From: Phyllobates terribilis
Lineage: Eukaryota
Direction of reading: 5' to 3'
DNA: 64,000 bases
Assembly (NCBI RefSeq): GCF_046119375.1
Contig: NW_027362762.1
Location: 714,612,001 to 714,676,000 of the forward strand
Shown here in pieces: positions 1 to 10,210 of this stretch. The translations under genes were made by a program, and so were the position numbers. Each line of letters begins with the position of its first letter. The first letter of the stretch is position 1. Under the pieces are notes generated by a model. That model did not search any database and was not told the origin of the DNA. It worked only from the letters and a program-made list of their open reading frames with translations.

Positions 1-598
1 TTAGGAGACAGTTCAGACAGGAACTGTTACTGCAACAGAATACAGGAACGAGCCTAGATAAAGCCAAGCGCTGGTTCAGACACTGCAGAAAAAAGGGAGG
101 AAATGGACATAGAGACAAAATAAATAACAGGTTAGGAGACAGTTCAGACAGCAACTGCTACTGCCGCGAAATACAGGAACGAGCCTGGGTATACGGCCCC
201 CAGAAGCAGAAACAAACAGGCTAGGAGCGTGTTCAGACAGGCCTGGAAATACAGCCTCCAGGAAGGTGGACAGGCAGGCAAGAAAACAGAACAGGACCTG
301 GCACATTCAGAGTCAAAGAGCACACTGAATGTTAAAGTTGCTCAGGCATCAGCTTCCAAGTGAAGCTGGTTTAAATATCCAGTGACAAACAGCAATAGGC
401 TGAGGATGCATTAGGGGTGTGCCCACTGCAGCTACAAGAATCAGGAAGTAACCAGGCCGCTGCCCTAAGCAGTCAGAACAGAGACAAACATACAGCATGG
501 AAAGAAGCCAGGACAGCAGACTGGACTGATGATCAAGTTTGCGATCTTGCATAGTGAGAGATGGAGCACTATGCAAGCCCACCACCAGGTATGTCACA
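1..598 (-). repeat. 3' LTR (truncated by window)
   Basis: Direct repeat of the 5' LTR, roughly 96-97% identical by eye over a sampled stretch. It starts TGTGACA right after the PPT. Confidence 0.9.
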
Positions 599-2438
599 GT
601 ACCCCCCCCTTACGCCCCCTCTTTTTCAAGCCTGCAAGAGTGTTCCGCAGAGAATTGGGAGGCCAGTCCTTCTCTTCAAGAGGATTGCCTCTTCTGTCCA
701 CTAGAGGAAACGAAACTGGTCTCTTCATCTTGGTAACTAGGATGCATCCTCCCATCAAGCCATCCTCAGCAACGGATGAAGTGGGTGAAGTACCAGGTAC
801 AGGGTGTAAGAAAGTCTCTTTCCATTTGTTATCAGGTAGCACCCCAGAGGGTTCAGGAGACAACTGGAGGTCCTCCGCCTGGTTGGAGGGGTGCAGAGAC
901 TCAGGGGTAACCACTGCTTTGGGGTACACTTGGTCAAGCTCACTGGACGAAGTGAGCGAGATATCAGGCACAGGGTGTAGAAAAGTCTCTCTCCATTTGT
1001 TATCAGGTAGCACCCCGGGGGATTCAGGAGGCAACTTGAGGTCCTCCGCCTGGTTGGAGGGGTGCAGAGACTTGGGGGTATCCACCGCCTCGATGGACGC
1101 AAGGCCAGATTTATTAAAGATGGAGGGTCCATGCTTTGGGACCATCCTCAAACTGGTTTCAGAGATGACACGTCTGTGAGGCGGGACGGTACCTGAAGCC
1201 AGATCTTTGGTACAATCGTCGAGACTGTGTGGGGACATTGCCTCCGCTTCTCTTCCTTTGGAGACTTCAGCGCACAGCGAGACAGCGACTAGCAGATCTG
1301 GTGAAGAAGAAGAAGACATTGCTGACTGTCCTGAAGACATGGGGACTGAACACCCCTTGTACCTTAACAGTCCCCCACGATACACCATGCAAGGTCTCCA
1401 GACCTGAGCGGGCACTAGATCTCTCGGCTCTGGACGACTTGTGGGTAAACCAGTCAGCATCTGAAAGGAAAGCTTCTTCAAGTTTAATGCTCCAATCTGG
1501 AGCTTAATTTCTACAGACATCTTTTGACTGTTTCTGAGTAGGGCTTGTCCTTCTGCAGACAATGCCCAAACCGGCTTCTGGAGTTTTCGGACAGGAATCA
1601 GACGCTGACTCTTCAAGGCTTTAAGTCCGAAACTTCCGGTTAATCCGAGGCTTTCACTTGCCACGGAGACGGTCATGGTCATCTGTGGAGAGGAAACACC
1701 AATGCCCAGGGTAGCCTCTCCTACAAGCCTAATGTCTTGGGATTCTCCAACCTTCACTGGACAAAGACCGTCAGGGGGACCCAAACAACAGCAGCGGGAC
1801 TGCAATCCGATTTCGTGACTGAGTTCCGGCCTCTGTTTTGCCTGCCGAACATGGTCAACCTTCATGGATTCAGTGCGGGTAGCCGCTTCTGCAGGCTGGG
1901 GAACAAGAGGTCTTTGGGAGGACAGAACCTGGCGTGATGGTTTGCCTCTATGCCTTGCACGTCTGGACTGCCTCTTGAGGTTGGGAACAGAAGTATTCTG
2001 CGGAGCGTAGTCATCCTGTGTGGATTCTGTGTGGGCAACAGTCTCTTCGGGCTGGAGAACTGGTGAGCTACCCACACACATTACCCATCGGGGCAGCTCT
2101 GGGACACTGGGAAGGGCAGCTTCAGCAGAGTCCCCAGGATTAGGGTCGTCGAAGACCATTAGTAAGGGCACCAGGAAGGCCTGCAGGTCAAGGACGATAG
2201 AATCCCATGCTTCCCATAGGGGGGTGACCCATTTCAAGGCATCACCCGCTAGGTAGGACAACATAAATGCCACTTTAGACCAATTGGTAGGAAAATAGAG
2301 AGGGTAGAACTTGAAATGCAGCATGCATTGCTCCACAAATGCACGGCTTTGTTTTGGATCCCCATAGTACCGTGGCGGATCTGCAGGATAGAGTGCCGTT
2401 AGCTCCATTTGGACTAGTACGTAATTCGCCAGGGCCAT
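594..2438 (-). CDS. 614-aa Gag-derived protein: capsid N-lobe, degenerate Zn knuckle, protease remnant and chromodomain remnants
   Basis: PPRYYGDPKQSRAFVEQC...SKVAFMLSYLAGDALKW...VFDDP is a sushi/RTL-type capsid motif. ESMKVD resembles EPMQ. C-terminal ILVTKMKRPVSFPLVDRRGNPLEEKDW resembles a chromodomain. The stop codon is the TGA of the LTR start. Confidence 0.8.
   Translation of the reverse strand: MALANYVLVQMELTALYPADPPRYYGDPKQSRAFVEQCMLHFKFYPLYFPTNWSKVAFMLSYLAGDALKWVTPLWEAWDSIVLDLQAFLVPLLMVFDDPNPGDSAEAALPSVPELPRWVMCVGSSPVLQPEETVAHTESTQDDYAPQNTSVPNLKRQSRRARHRGKPSRQVLSSQRPLVPQPAEAATRTESMKVDHVRQAKQRPELSHEIGLQSRCCCLGPPDGLCPVKVGESQDIRLVGEATLGIGVSSPQMTMTVSVASESLGLTGSFGLKALKSQRLIPVRKLQKPVWALSAEGQALLRNSQKMSVEIKLQIGALNLKKLSFQMLTGLPTSRPEPRDLVPAQVWRPCMVYRGGLLRYKGCSVPMSSGQSAMSSSSSPDLLVAVSLCAEVSKGREAEAMSPHSLDDCTKDLASGTVPPHRRVISETSLRMVPKHGPSIFNKSGLASIEAVDTPKSLHPSNQAEDLKLPPESPGVLPDNKWRETFLHPVPDISLTSSSELDQVYPKAVVTPESLHPSNQAEDLQLSPEPSGVLPDNKWKETFLHPVPGTSPTSSVAEDGLMGGCILVTKMKRPVSFPLVDRRGNPLEEKDWPPNSLRNTLAGLKKRGRKGGVL
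599..626 (-). other. Polypurine tract
   Basis: AAAAGAGGGGGCGTAAGGGGGGGGTAC immediately before the 3' LTR start on the minus strand. Confidence 0.85.
781..1085 (-). repeat. In-frame 171-nt (57-aa) tandem duplication inside the Gag-derived ORF
   Basis: cagggtgta occurs at 800 and 971. Protein unit TP(K/E)SLHPSNQAEDL...PDNKW.ETFLHPVP occurs twice. Confidence 0.9.
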
Positions 2439-2879
2439 AGCTAGAGAAAATTTTTTTTTTTTTATATTTTTTATTTATTTATTTTTTAATGCACGTATTC
2501 GCTGGACACTGATTCAAAATGTCTCTGAGAGCGAAGGGCCGTGGGGCTCAACGGGAGCCATGGCCTGAGCAAACTGTTATGCACATGCCCGGACTGACTG
2601 GCGTGTGCGTGTTTAGTGATCCCACTGGACCATGAACCGGAGAGTGCCTGGAGGGGCGTAACTAAGTATCTACCCGATCCGACCAAGGTCGCACGACGGC
2701 TAACGACGCCAGTGCACCAGGGAGGAACTGAGCAGAGGGACCAGATGCAACTCCAGGTCAGACCCCGGACACGGCTGTTGACCCACACCGGGGAATACAG
2801 GAACAGGCAGGTTAGAGCACAGGTTGGGTAGGGTCCAGTATAGACTAGGAGACGGGTTCAGAGCCGCAGATGCGGTAAT

Positions 2880-3460
2880 CAAGCAGAGCAAAGCGAAACC
2901 GCAGGTGCAGCGGACAAGGCCGAGCAGAGCGAAACCGCAAGTGCGGTGGACAGGGCTGAGCAGAGCGAAACCGCAAGCACGGTGGACAGGGCTGAGCAGA
3001 GCGAAACAGAAAGTGCGGTGGACAGGGCTGAGCAGAGCGAAACCGCAAGTGTGGTGGACAGGGCTGAGCAGAGCGAAACCGCAGATGCGGTGGACAAGGC
3101 TGAGCAGAGCGAAACCGCAGATGCGGTAGACAAGGCAGAGCAGAGCGAAACCGCAGATGCAGTGGACAAGGCTGAGCAGAGCGAAACCGCAGATGCGGTA
3201 GACAAGGCAGAGCAGAGTGAAACTGCATATGCGGTGGACAAGGCTGTGCAGAGCAGAGCGAAATCGCAAGTGCGGTGGACAAGGCTGAGCAGAGCGAAAC
3301 CGCAGATGCGGTGGACAAGGCAGAGCAGAGCAGAGCGAAACCGCAAGTGCGGTGGACAAGGCTGAGCAGAGCGAAACTGCAAGTGCGGTGGACAAGGCTG
3401 AGCAGTGCGGGCAGAAACCGCCAGAGCGGTAAGTAAGGCAGAGCAGAGATAAACCGCCAA
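2880..3460. repeat. 36-bp minisatellite in the LTR (about 14-15 copies)
   Basis: Unit gctgagcagagcgaaaccgcagatgcggtggacaag, with no spacers. Confidence 0.95.
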
Positions 3461-3569
3461 AGCGGTGAGCAAAGACAGAGCAGAGGGGACAGGGCTCTGT
3501 TCACACGGAACAGACTGGAAGGGAAAGGCAGAACCAGATACACATAAGGTACTTGCAAAGAAGTAACAT

Positions 3570-3860
3570 TACTGCAACAAAATACAGGAACGAGCCTAGG
3601 TAAAGCCAAGTGCTGGTTCAGACACTGCAGAAAAAGGGAAGAAATGGACATAGAGACAAAACAAGTAACAGGTTAGGAGACAGTTCAGACAGGAACTGTT
3701 GCTGCAACAGAATACAGGAACGAGCCAAGGTAAAGCCAAGCGCTGGTTCAGACACTGCAGAAAAAAGGGAGGAAACGGACATAGAGACGTAACAAATAAC
3801 AGGTTAGGAGACAGTTCAGACAGGAACAGTTACTGCAGCGAAATACAGGAACGAGCCTGG
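3570..3860. repeat. About 130-bp tandem repeat in the LTR (also at 1-190)
   Basis: aatacaggaacgagcc at 3581, 3711 and 3842. Confidence 0.9.
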
Positions 3861-4270
3861 GTATACGGCCCCCAGAAGCAGAAACGAATAGGCTAGGAGC
3901 GTGTTCAGACAGGCCTGGAAATACAGCCTCCAGGAAGGCGGACAGGCAGGCAAGAAAACAGAACAGGACCTGGCACATTCAGAGTCAAAGAGCACACTGA
4001 ATGTTAAAGTTGCTCAGGCATCAGCTTCCAAGTGAAGCTGGTTTAAATATCCAGTGACAGACAGCAATAGGCTGAGGACGCATTAGGGGTGTGTCCACTG
4101 CAGCTACAAGAATTAGGAAGTAACCGGGCCGCCGCCCTAAGCAGTCAGAACAGAGACAAACAGACAGCATGGAAAGAAGCCAGGACAGCAGACTGGACTG
4201 ATGATCAAGTTTGCGATCTTGCATAGTGAGAGATGGTGCAATATGCAAGCCCGCCACCAGGTATGTCACA

Positions 4271-4516
4271 CAGAGATCCATCCCCTTCCCTTCCCCCCTC
4301 CCCGCTGTACACTCAAACTGCGTATTAACATTGATTATCAGCATTACTGTGAAAAAATCCAGTTATGATTTTGATGCACGAACAGTTATCGAACATAATC
4401 TCGAACAGACGGATTTTTTTCAAATCGTTCGTGTTCGCCGAACGGCTCGAACACCGCTCAAAACAGCTCGAGTTTGAGATTAGCGAACAGTTCGAGTCGA
4501 ACACCGCACATCTCTA
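4271..4516 (-). mobile_element. hAT transposon terminus, same family as 30447-41240
   Basis: Near-identical to about 40995-41240. Ends in TIR-like gcacatctcta and has CGAAC-rich subterminal repeats. Confidence 0.9.
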
Positions 4517-4706
4517 TTTCTTACATACATAAACAGTCCACAATAAACTTTTTTTATAAACTTCATATGTGTGATCACATTTCCAGAGGACATCTGGTGC
4601 AAGGAGTATGCACAATCTATATTAGGTTAACATGGCTAAAACGATGTAGGAATGAACATGTACATATAAGAGTATATAGAAATGTATATAGACAAAATCG
4701 GAGCAC

Positions 4707-6926
4707 TCAGACAAATGAGCTAAGATCGTATTCTTTGCTCAAACCTTTAGGGGACAATGATTGTAACTCATGGATCCTAAATGCCTCTCTGTATTTAAGT
4801 AAACGAATACGGTCTCCCCATTGTCTCGGCGGGGGGACTTGTTCGATAACTTGAAATTTAAGTTGTGAGACCGAATGCCCAACTGACACAAAATGTGATG
4901 GAATGGGTATGAGGAGATTTTTGCAGCGAATCATAGACTTATGTTTTGAGATTCTGTCTTTAACGCATTGGGTAGTTTCGCCGACATAAAGGAGGCCACA
5001 GGGACATTTGATAACGTAAATCACATACGAGGAGTTGCAAGTGAAGTAATCCTTGATTTTATATTGTTTCCCTGATTGTGGATGGTAGAGAGTATCTCCT
5101 CTGATAATGTTGTTACACTGGTAACATTGTAGGCACGGGAATGACCCCATTTTAGGTGTAGATAGGAATCTTTGACGGGGTCTGGTATTAGTGGTACCAA
5201 TGTCAGCATGTACAAGCCGGTCACGAATATTAGCGGCTCTTTTATAGCATGGTAGAAAGGGGGCTTTGAATTCTGGGACTGTTGGGTAGGCTGTTTGGAG
5301 TATGTTCCAATGTTGTCTGACTTTTCTATGGAGTACAGAGACCATGGGATGGTAGGTATGGACGAAAGGAATACGGTTGTTGAAGGTGAGACGTGCTCGG
5401 ATGGTGGGTTTCAAGGCTCAGGGCAACGTATCTGGTGGTTAACCACTATCAAGAAATTTTTGCCTCATCTCATTTATTCTCAAGTCTTGCGTGGAAGGAT
5501 TACTGACTATGCGTTGGACGCGATGGAATTGGGATTTGGGAACTGAGTTGAAGATGGATTTAGGATGTAGACTTGTGTAATGCGAGAGACCATTTCTATC
5601 CGTGGGTTTTATGTATAGATCAGATGAGAGATAACCCTGCTGTACGTAATAGTGAACCGGAGGCCATCCCAGGATGAGTTTAAAATTTCAAATAATTCCA
5701 TTAGGGTTTCGGGGGGCCCCCTCCATATGCAAAAAATGTTGTCTATGTAGTGCTTCCACACCGTGGAATAGGTCTTGAAGAGAGGGTGTGTGTAGACCAC
5801 CTCTTCTTCAAATGCAGACATGTAGCATTTTGCATATGGGGGGGGCCACATTGGACCCCATGGCGGTACCATGTCTTTGTAGGTAGAAGGTGTCTTGAAA
5901 AAGGAAGAAGTTCTTGGTTAGGACCAAGGTTAAAAGGTCGAGTCAAAGATGGCTGACTTCATGTGATGTTTGTGAATTTTCTAGTAGATTCTTTACGCAA
6001 TTTATACCCTTCTCGTGGGGAATGGAGGTGTATAGATTGTTAACATCAAGAGTGACTAGTAGGGAGTCTGGGTTGATCTGTGTAATTTCCCTAATAGTGG
6101 TGAGGAAGGCCCCTGTGTCTAGGATAAAGGATGTAGTTTCCTTGACTAAGGGGGTCAGGATTTTTTCAAAAAAGATAGATAAGGGTGACAAGATGGATTC
6201 AGTAGAGGCGACAATCGGATGTCCGGGGGGATTTTCTACATTTTTATGGATTTTTGGCAGTGTATAGAATACCGGGGTGATGGGGGATTTTTTGGATAGA
6301 AATTCGCAGGTTTTGGAATCAATCGTCCCCTTCAGGGAATGATATTCTAGGGTCTTGGAGATCGAATCCCTAATTATAGGAGTGGGGACGAGTGCTAGTT
6401 TTTGATACACTGAACAGTCCTCCAACTGTCTTTGGATCTCGTTGAGGTAAGAGGATTTGTCCATGACCACTATCGCCCCACCCTTGTCTGCCGGTTGGAT
6501 AATAATTGAAGGGTCAGATTCCAGTGATCTTAATGCCTGTCTATCTAAAGGGGATAGATTGTGATGGTAATGTATCCGACCCAAGTCAATATCAGACCGT
6601 AATTTTAGGAAGGTTTGATTGATGAAATCGATGAAGGCTTCTGCCGCATGATAGTATTGAGGGGGCCGGTATGTGCTTTTGTTTTTTAATCCCAGACTGG
6701 CCGTAGTGATGCTGGCCGAGTTGATGGAGGATGTGGTGCTATTGACAGTGGCCCACTGAGGGAAGTGTGCCTTAAGTCTAATGGACCGATAGAACCTCTG
6801 TAGTTCCATATCTAAAATGAAGGTATTACATTTGTAAGATGGGCAAAACGACAGGCCTTTCTGTAGTACCGATAATTCAGCTATGCTGAGTGACCGCGAG
6901 GAGATGTTCACAACCAGTGGGGTCAT
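4707..6926 (-). pseudogene. PLE ORF2 (reverse transcriptase + GIY-YIG endonuclease), disrupted
   Basis: QPADKGGAIVV, LDVNNLYTSIP, GTAMG, YIDNIF (YIDD mutated), CLQCYQC, VIYVIKCPCGLLYVGET. Stop at about 5943, a frameshift and a deletion. Confidence 0.9.
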
Positions 6927-7669
6927 ACCTGGGAGCGTGTGATTCTGACCAAGTTCCTGTCGCTTCCTGCTGGTGCCGCCTCTCCTCGTCCTCCTCTTCT
7001 TCTGTTGTACTTCTTGCGATAACCTAAAAAATGAATGGAAGTTGAGGGTTGTTCTTGTCTGTCCATCTCTGAGCCAGAGGAGGACAGGTCGGTAGAAGAG
7101 CGGCCGGGACACATAGGCCCACGTTTTGTGGTGGAAAAGTCGCACCATTTATATACTCGGTCTTTTTGGTAATCCTCTGTGTCACGGATGAATTTCAGTC
7201 TCTTCTTGTTTTCAGTGTCCCGTCGGTGTTGATCAATATTCTGGTTAACCTTGGTCTTCAAAGAGTTGAGTTCTTCCATTGAGATCGTGGATGACAGTTG
7301 GGATTCGATACTGGAGATTTGCACCTTGGACGAGACAATTTCTTTCTGTAAGAATTCAATCGTTAAAGTCATTAAGTCGAATGAACATTTGTTTAAAATA
7401 CGTTCAAACTTAGTACAATACTCTTCTTGATCGCTGAAGAGCGTAGGGCGTAATGGGACCCTGAGTCCTCGCGGAATACGTTGGACTCGGACATATTCAG
7501 AGAGTGTAGTACAGTGTAGTTCGATATTAGTGAAATGGCGTAATTCCTTCTCCCAGTCCCTTCCTCTCGTCTCATTGGGTGGTATTTTCAGGAAATCACA
7601 CGGTAGGTTGGACTTGGAGATGATGTTGGAGGTTTCCTCGACGCTGTAGAAGAAGGTGTTGGTAGTCAT
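6923..7669 (-). CDS. PLE ORF1 (248 aa)
   Basis: LHCTTLSEYVRVQRIPRGLRV...ILNKCSFDLM motif, predicted coiled-coil region and basic C-terminus. Conserved and open in both copies. Confidence 0.8.
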   Translation of the reverse strand: MTTNTFFYSVEETSNIISKSNLPCDFLKIPPNETRGRDWEKELRHFTNIELHCTTLSEYVRVQRIPRGLRVPLRPTLFSDQEEYCTKFERILNKCSFDLMTLTIEFLQKEIVSSKVQISSIESQLSSTISMEELNSLKTKVNQNIDQHRRDTENKKRLKFIRDTEDYQKDRVYKWCDFSTTKRGPMCPGRSSTDLSSSGSEMDRQEQPSTSIHFLGYRKKYNRRRGGRGEAAPAGSDRNLVRITRSQV

Positions 7670-7847
7670 GACACACCAGGATGCTAGTATATAGAAACCA
7701 GATACAGGAAATAGAAACTACCGCACTCCTGGAGTGGTGGTGGTGCCCAGGTAGGGTTACAAGCCCGTAGAAATTCCGATAAATAACCTGGCTCTCGATT
7801 GACTCGTTAATTCTTTTTATGGATTTTTAATGACAAAGTAGCACAAC

Positions 7848-7887
7848 AAGCAGACGTTTCGGTCATATAAGACCTTCATCGGTCTAC
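7848..7887 (-). ncRNA. Minimal hammerhead ribozyme-like motif (PLE copy 1)
   Basis: CCGATGA-A-GGTC ttatat GACC-GAAA-CGTC. U4 is replaced by C, stem III is the palindrome ACGT, and stem I is weak. Confidence 0.55.
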
Positions 7888-9230
7888 TATATAGATGACA
7901 AAAGTAACGACAATGAGTATCACATGGATCATTACATATATGGGATACAATGTTAATAAAGCGTAATCAACATAGACCAAATTGTCATGGATAATTAACA
8001 TATGAAAATACAACATGGGAAATGGATGGGAAGGAGGACAAGGGTTAGGTGGTGGAGATGTAAGAGTATCAAAGACAAGTCCTACCAGTATATAGATGTA
8101 GCTATGTATAAGGCAGAAGCCCGGTAGGTGCTGTCAGCTGTTGGAAAAATAGAAGTGTGAGCTCCATAGGAGTTGCCAGTGGCACGGGGTGGAATGGATC
8201 ATATGGGTGAAGTTACCTGTTGAGTAGGAAGACGGAACACGGTGTCCACCATTTGTCCAGTGTATTCTAGCATGAAGAAAGATCATAGTGGTCTTAAATA
8301 GAATGTGGGAGGGTGCAGGGCTAACCCCTAGGCCAAACATTGGTGGCAGTGAAGTGAATGAGCGCAATTGTCCACCGGGAATAGGACCTGTGCATCAGGA
8401 ATAGGAGCGCCATTTAGGGAGGTATCTAAAAAACAAGAGAACAAGTATGAGTTTCTTGCATACTTAAACAGTCCACAATAAACTTTTTTTTATAAACTTC
8501 TTATGGGTGAATGGCGCTCCCTGAATAGCGCTCCTATTCCTGATCCCCATCCCTCCTGAACTCTCATCTGGGTTCATCTCCCCTTTCTCTTCATATCAAT
8601 TCTCATCACAGCGTTCCCAGCACCTGGTGGAACGCATAGATCCTATTGTGGAACGCAATACATGCGTCACTTCCGGGAATCTCCTTCCAGGACCTGACAA
8701 CAGTCATATGACGCTACTTCCGGTGCACAGGTCCTACTCCCGGTGGACAATTGTGCTCATTCACTTCACTGCCACCAATAATTGGCCTATGGGCTAGCCC
8801 TGCACCCTCCCACATTCTATTTAAGACCACTATGGTCTTTCTTCATGTCAGAATACCCTGGACAAACGGTGGACACCGTGTTCCATCTTCCCACTCAACA
8901 GGTAACATCACCCATATGGTCCATTCCACCCCGTGCCACTGGCAACTCCTATGGAGCTCACACATCTATTTTTCCAACAGCTGACAATACCTACCAGGCT
9001 TCTGCCTTATACATAGCTACATCTATATACTGGTAGGTCTTGTCTTTGATACTCTTACACCTCCACCACCTAACCCTTGTCCTCCTTCCCATCCATTTCC
9101 CATGCTGTATTTTCATATGTTTATTATCCATGATGATTTGGTCTATGTTGATTACGCTTTATTAACATTGTATTCCATATATGCAATGATCCATGTGAAA
9201 CTCATTGTCGAGACTTTTGTCATCTATATA

Positions 9231-9270
9231 GTACACCGATGAAGGTCTCATATGACCGAAACGTCTGCTT
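9231..9270 (+). ncRNA. Minimal hammerhead ribozyme-like motif (PLE copy 2)
   Basis: CCGATGA-A-GGTC tcatat GACC-GAAA-CGTC. Confidence 0.55.
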
Positions 9271-9448
9271 GTTGTGCTACTTTGTCATTAAAAATCCATA
9301 AAAAGAATTTACGAGTCAATTGAGTGCCAGGTTATTTATCGGAATTTCTATGGGCTTGTAACCCTACCTGGGCACCACCACCACTCCAGGAGTGTGGTAG
9401 TTTCTTTTTCCTGTATCTGGTTTCTATATATCTGCACCCTGGTGTGTC

Positions 9449-10210
9449 ATGACCACCAGCACCTTCTTCTACAACGCCGAAGAAACCTCTAACATCATCT
9501 CCAAGTCCAACCTACCGTGTGATTTCCTGAAAATACCACCCAATGAGACGAGAGGAAGGGACTGGGAGAAGGAATTACGCCATTTAACTAATATCGAACT
9601 ACACTGTGCTACACTCTCTGAATACGTCCGAGTCCAACGTATTCCGCGAGGACTCAGGGTCCCATTACGCCCTACGCTCTTCAGCGATCAAGAAGAGTAT
9701 TGTACTAAGTTTGAACGTATTTTAAACAAATGTTCATTCGACTTAATGACTTTAACGATTGATTTCTTACAGAAAGAAATTGTCTCGTCCAAGGCGCAAA
9801 TCTCCAGTATCGAATCCCAACTGTCATCCACGATCTCAACAGAAGAACTCAACTCTTTGAAGACCAAGGTTAACCAGAATATTGAACAACACCGACGGGA
9901 CACTGAAAACAAGAAGAGACTGAAATTCATCCGTGACACAGAGGATTACAAAAAAGACCGAGTATATAAATGGTGCGACTTTTCCACCACAAAACGTAGG
10001 CCTATGTATCCCGGCCGCTCTTCTACCGACCTGTCCTCCTCTGGCTCAGAGATGGACAGACAAGACCAACCCTCAACTTCCACTCATTTTTTAGGTTTTC
10101 GCAAGAAGTACAACAGAAGAAGAGGAGTACGAGGAGAGGCGGCACCAGCAGGAGGTGACAGGAACTTGGTTAGAATCACACACTCCCAGGTACGACCCCA
10201 CTGGTTGTGA
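9449..10210 (+). CDS. PLE ORF1 (253 aa, extended by loss of stop)
   Basis: Homologous to 6923-7669. TGA is mutated to CGA at the ORF1/ORF2 junction. Confidence 0.75.
   Translation: MTTSTFFYNAEETSNIISKSNLPCDFLKIPPNETRGRDWEKELRHLTNIELHCATLSEYVRVQRIPRGLRVPLRPTLFSDQEEYCTKFERILNKCSFDLMTLTIDFLQKEIVSSKAQISSIESQLSSTISTEELNSLKTKVNQNIEQHRRDTENKKRLKFIRDTEDYKKDRVYKWCDFSTTKRRPMYPGRSSTDLSSSGSEMDRQDQPSTSTHFLGFRKKYNRRRGVRGEAAPAGGDRNLVRITHSQVRPHWL

Larger units (their letters stand above)
1..4270 (-). mobile_element. Non-autonomous Ty3/Gypsy (chromovirus/sushi-like) LTR retrotransposon, running off the left edge
   Basis: 1-598 repeats about 3673-4270. Both copies start TGTGACATACC on the minus strand. A PPT lies next to the downstream copy. 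The internal ORF is Gag-like and has no RT/IN. Confidence 0.9.
2575..4270 (-). repeat. 5' LTR (about 1.7 kb; inner boundary inferred)
   Basis: Starts TGTGACA (4270). Probable end ...ATAACA (2575), followed by GTTTGCTCAGGCCATGG. TATA-like TATTTAAA at about 4043-4050 on the minus strand. Confidence 0.7.
4517..8510 (-). mobile_element. Penelope-like element (PLE), copy 1, defective
   Basis: Contains ORF1, PLE-type RT and a GIY-YIG endonuclease. 4517-4570 is repeated at about 8452-8505 (pseudo-LTR). Hammerhead-like motif in the 5' region. Confidence 0.92.

Noticed and set aside
529-1179. 216-aa plus-strand ORF
   Set aside because: Antisense shadow of the Gag-derived ORF with no recognisable motifs.
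2880-3460. 36-bp repeats resembling a CRISPR array, and the repetitive ORFs over them
   Set aside because: Units are contiguous with no unique spacers, the context is a eukaryotic LTR, and the ORFs are by-products of a 36-nt period.
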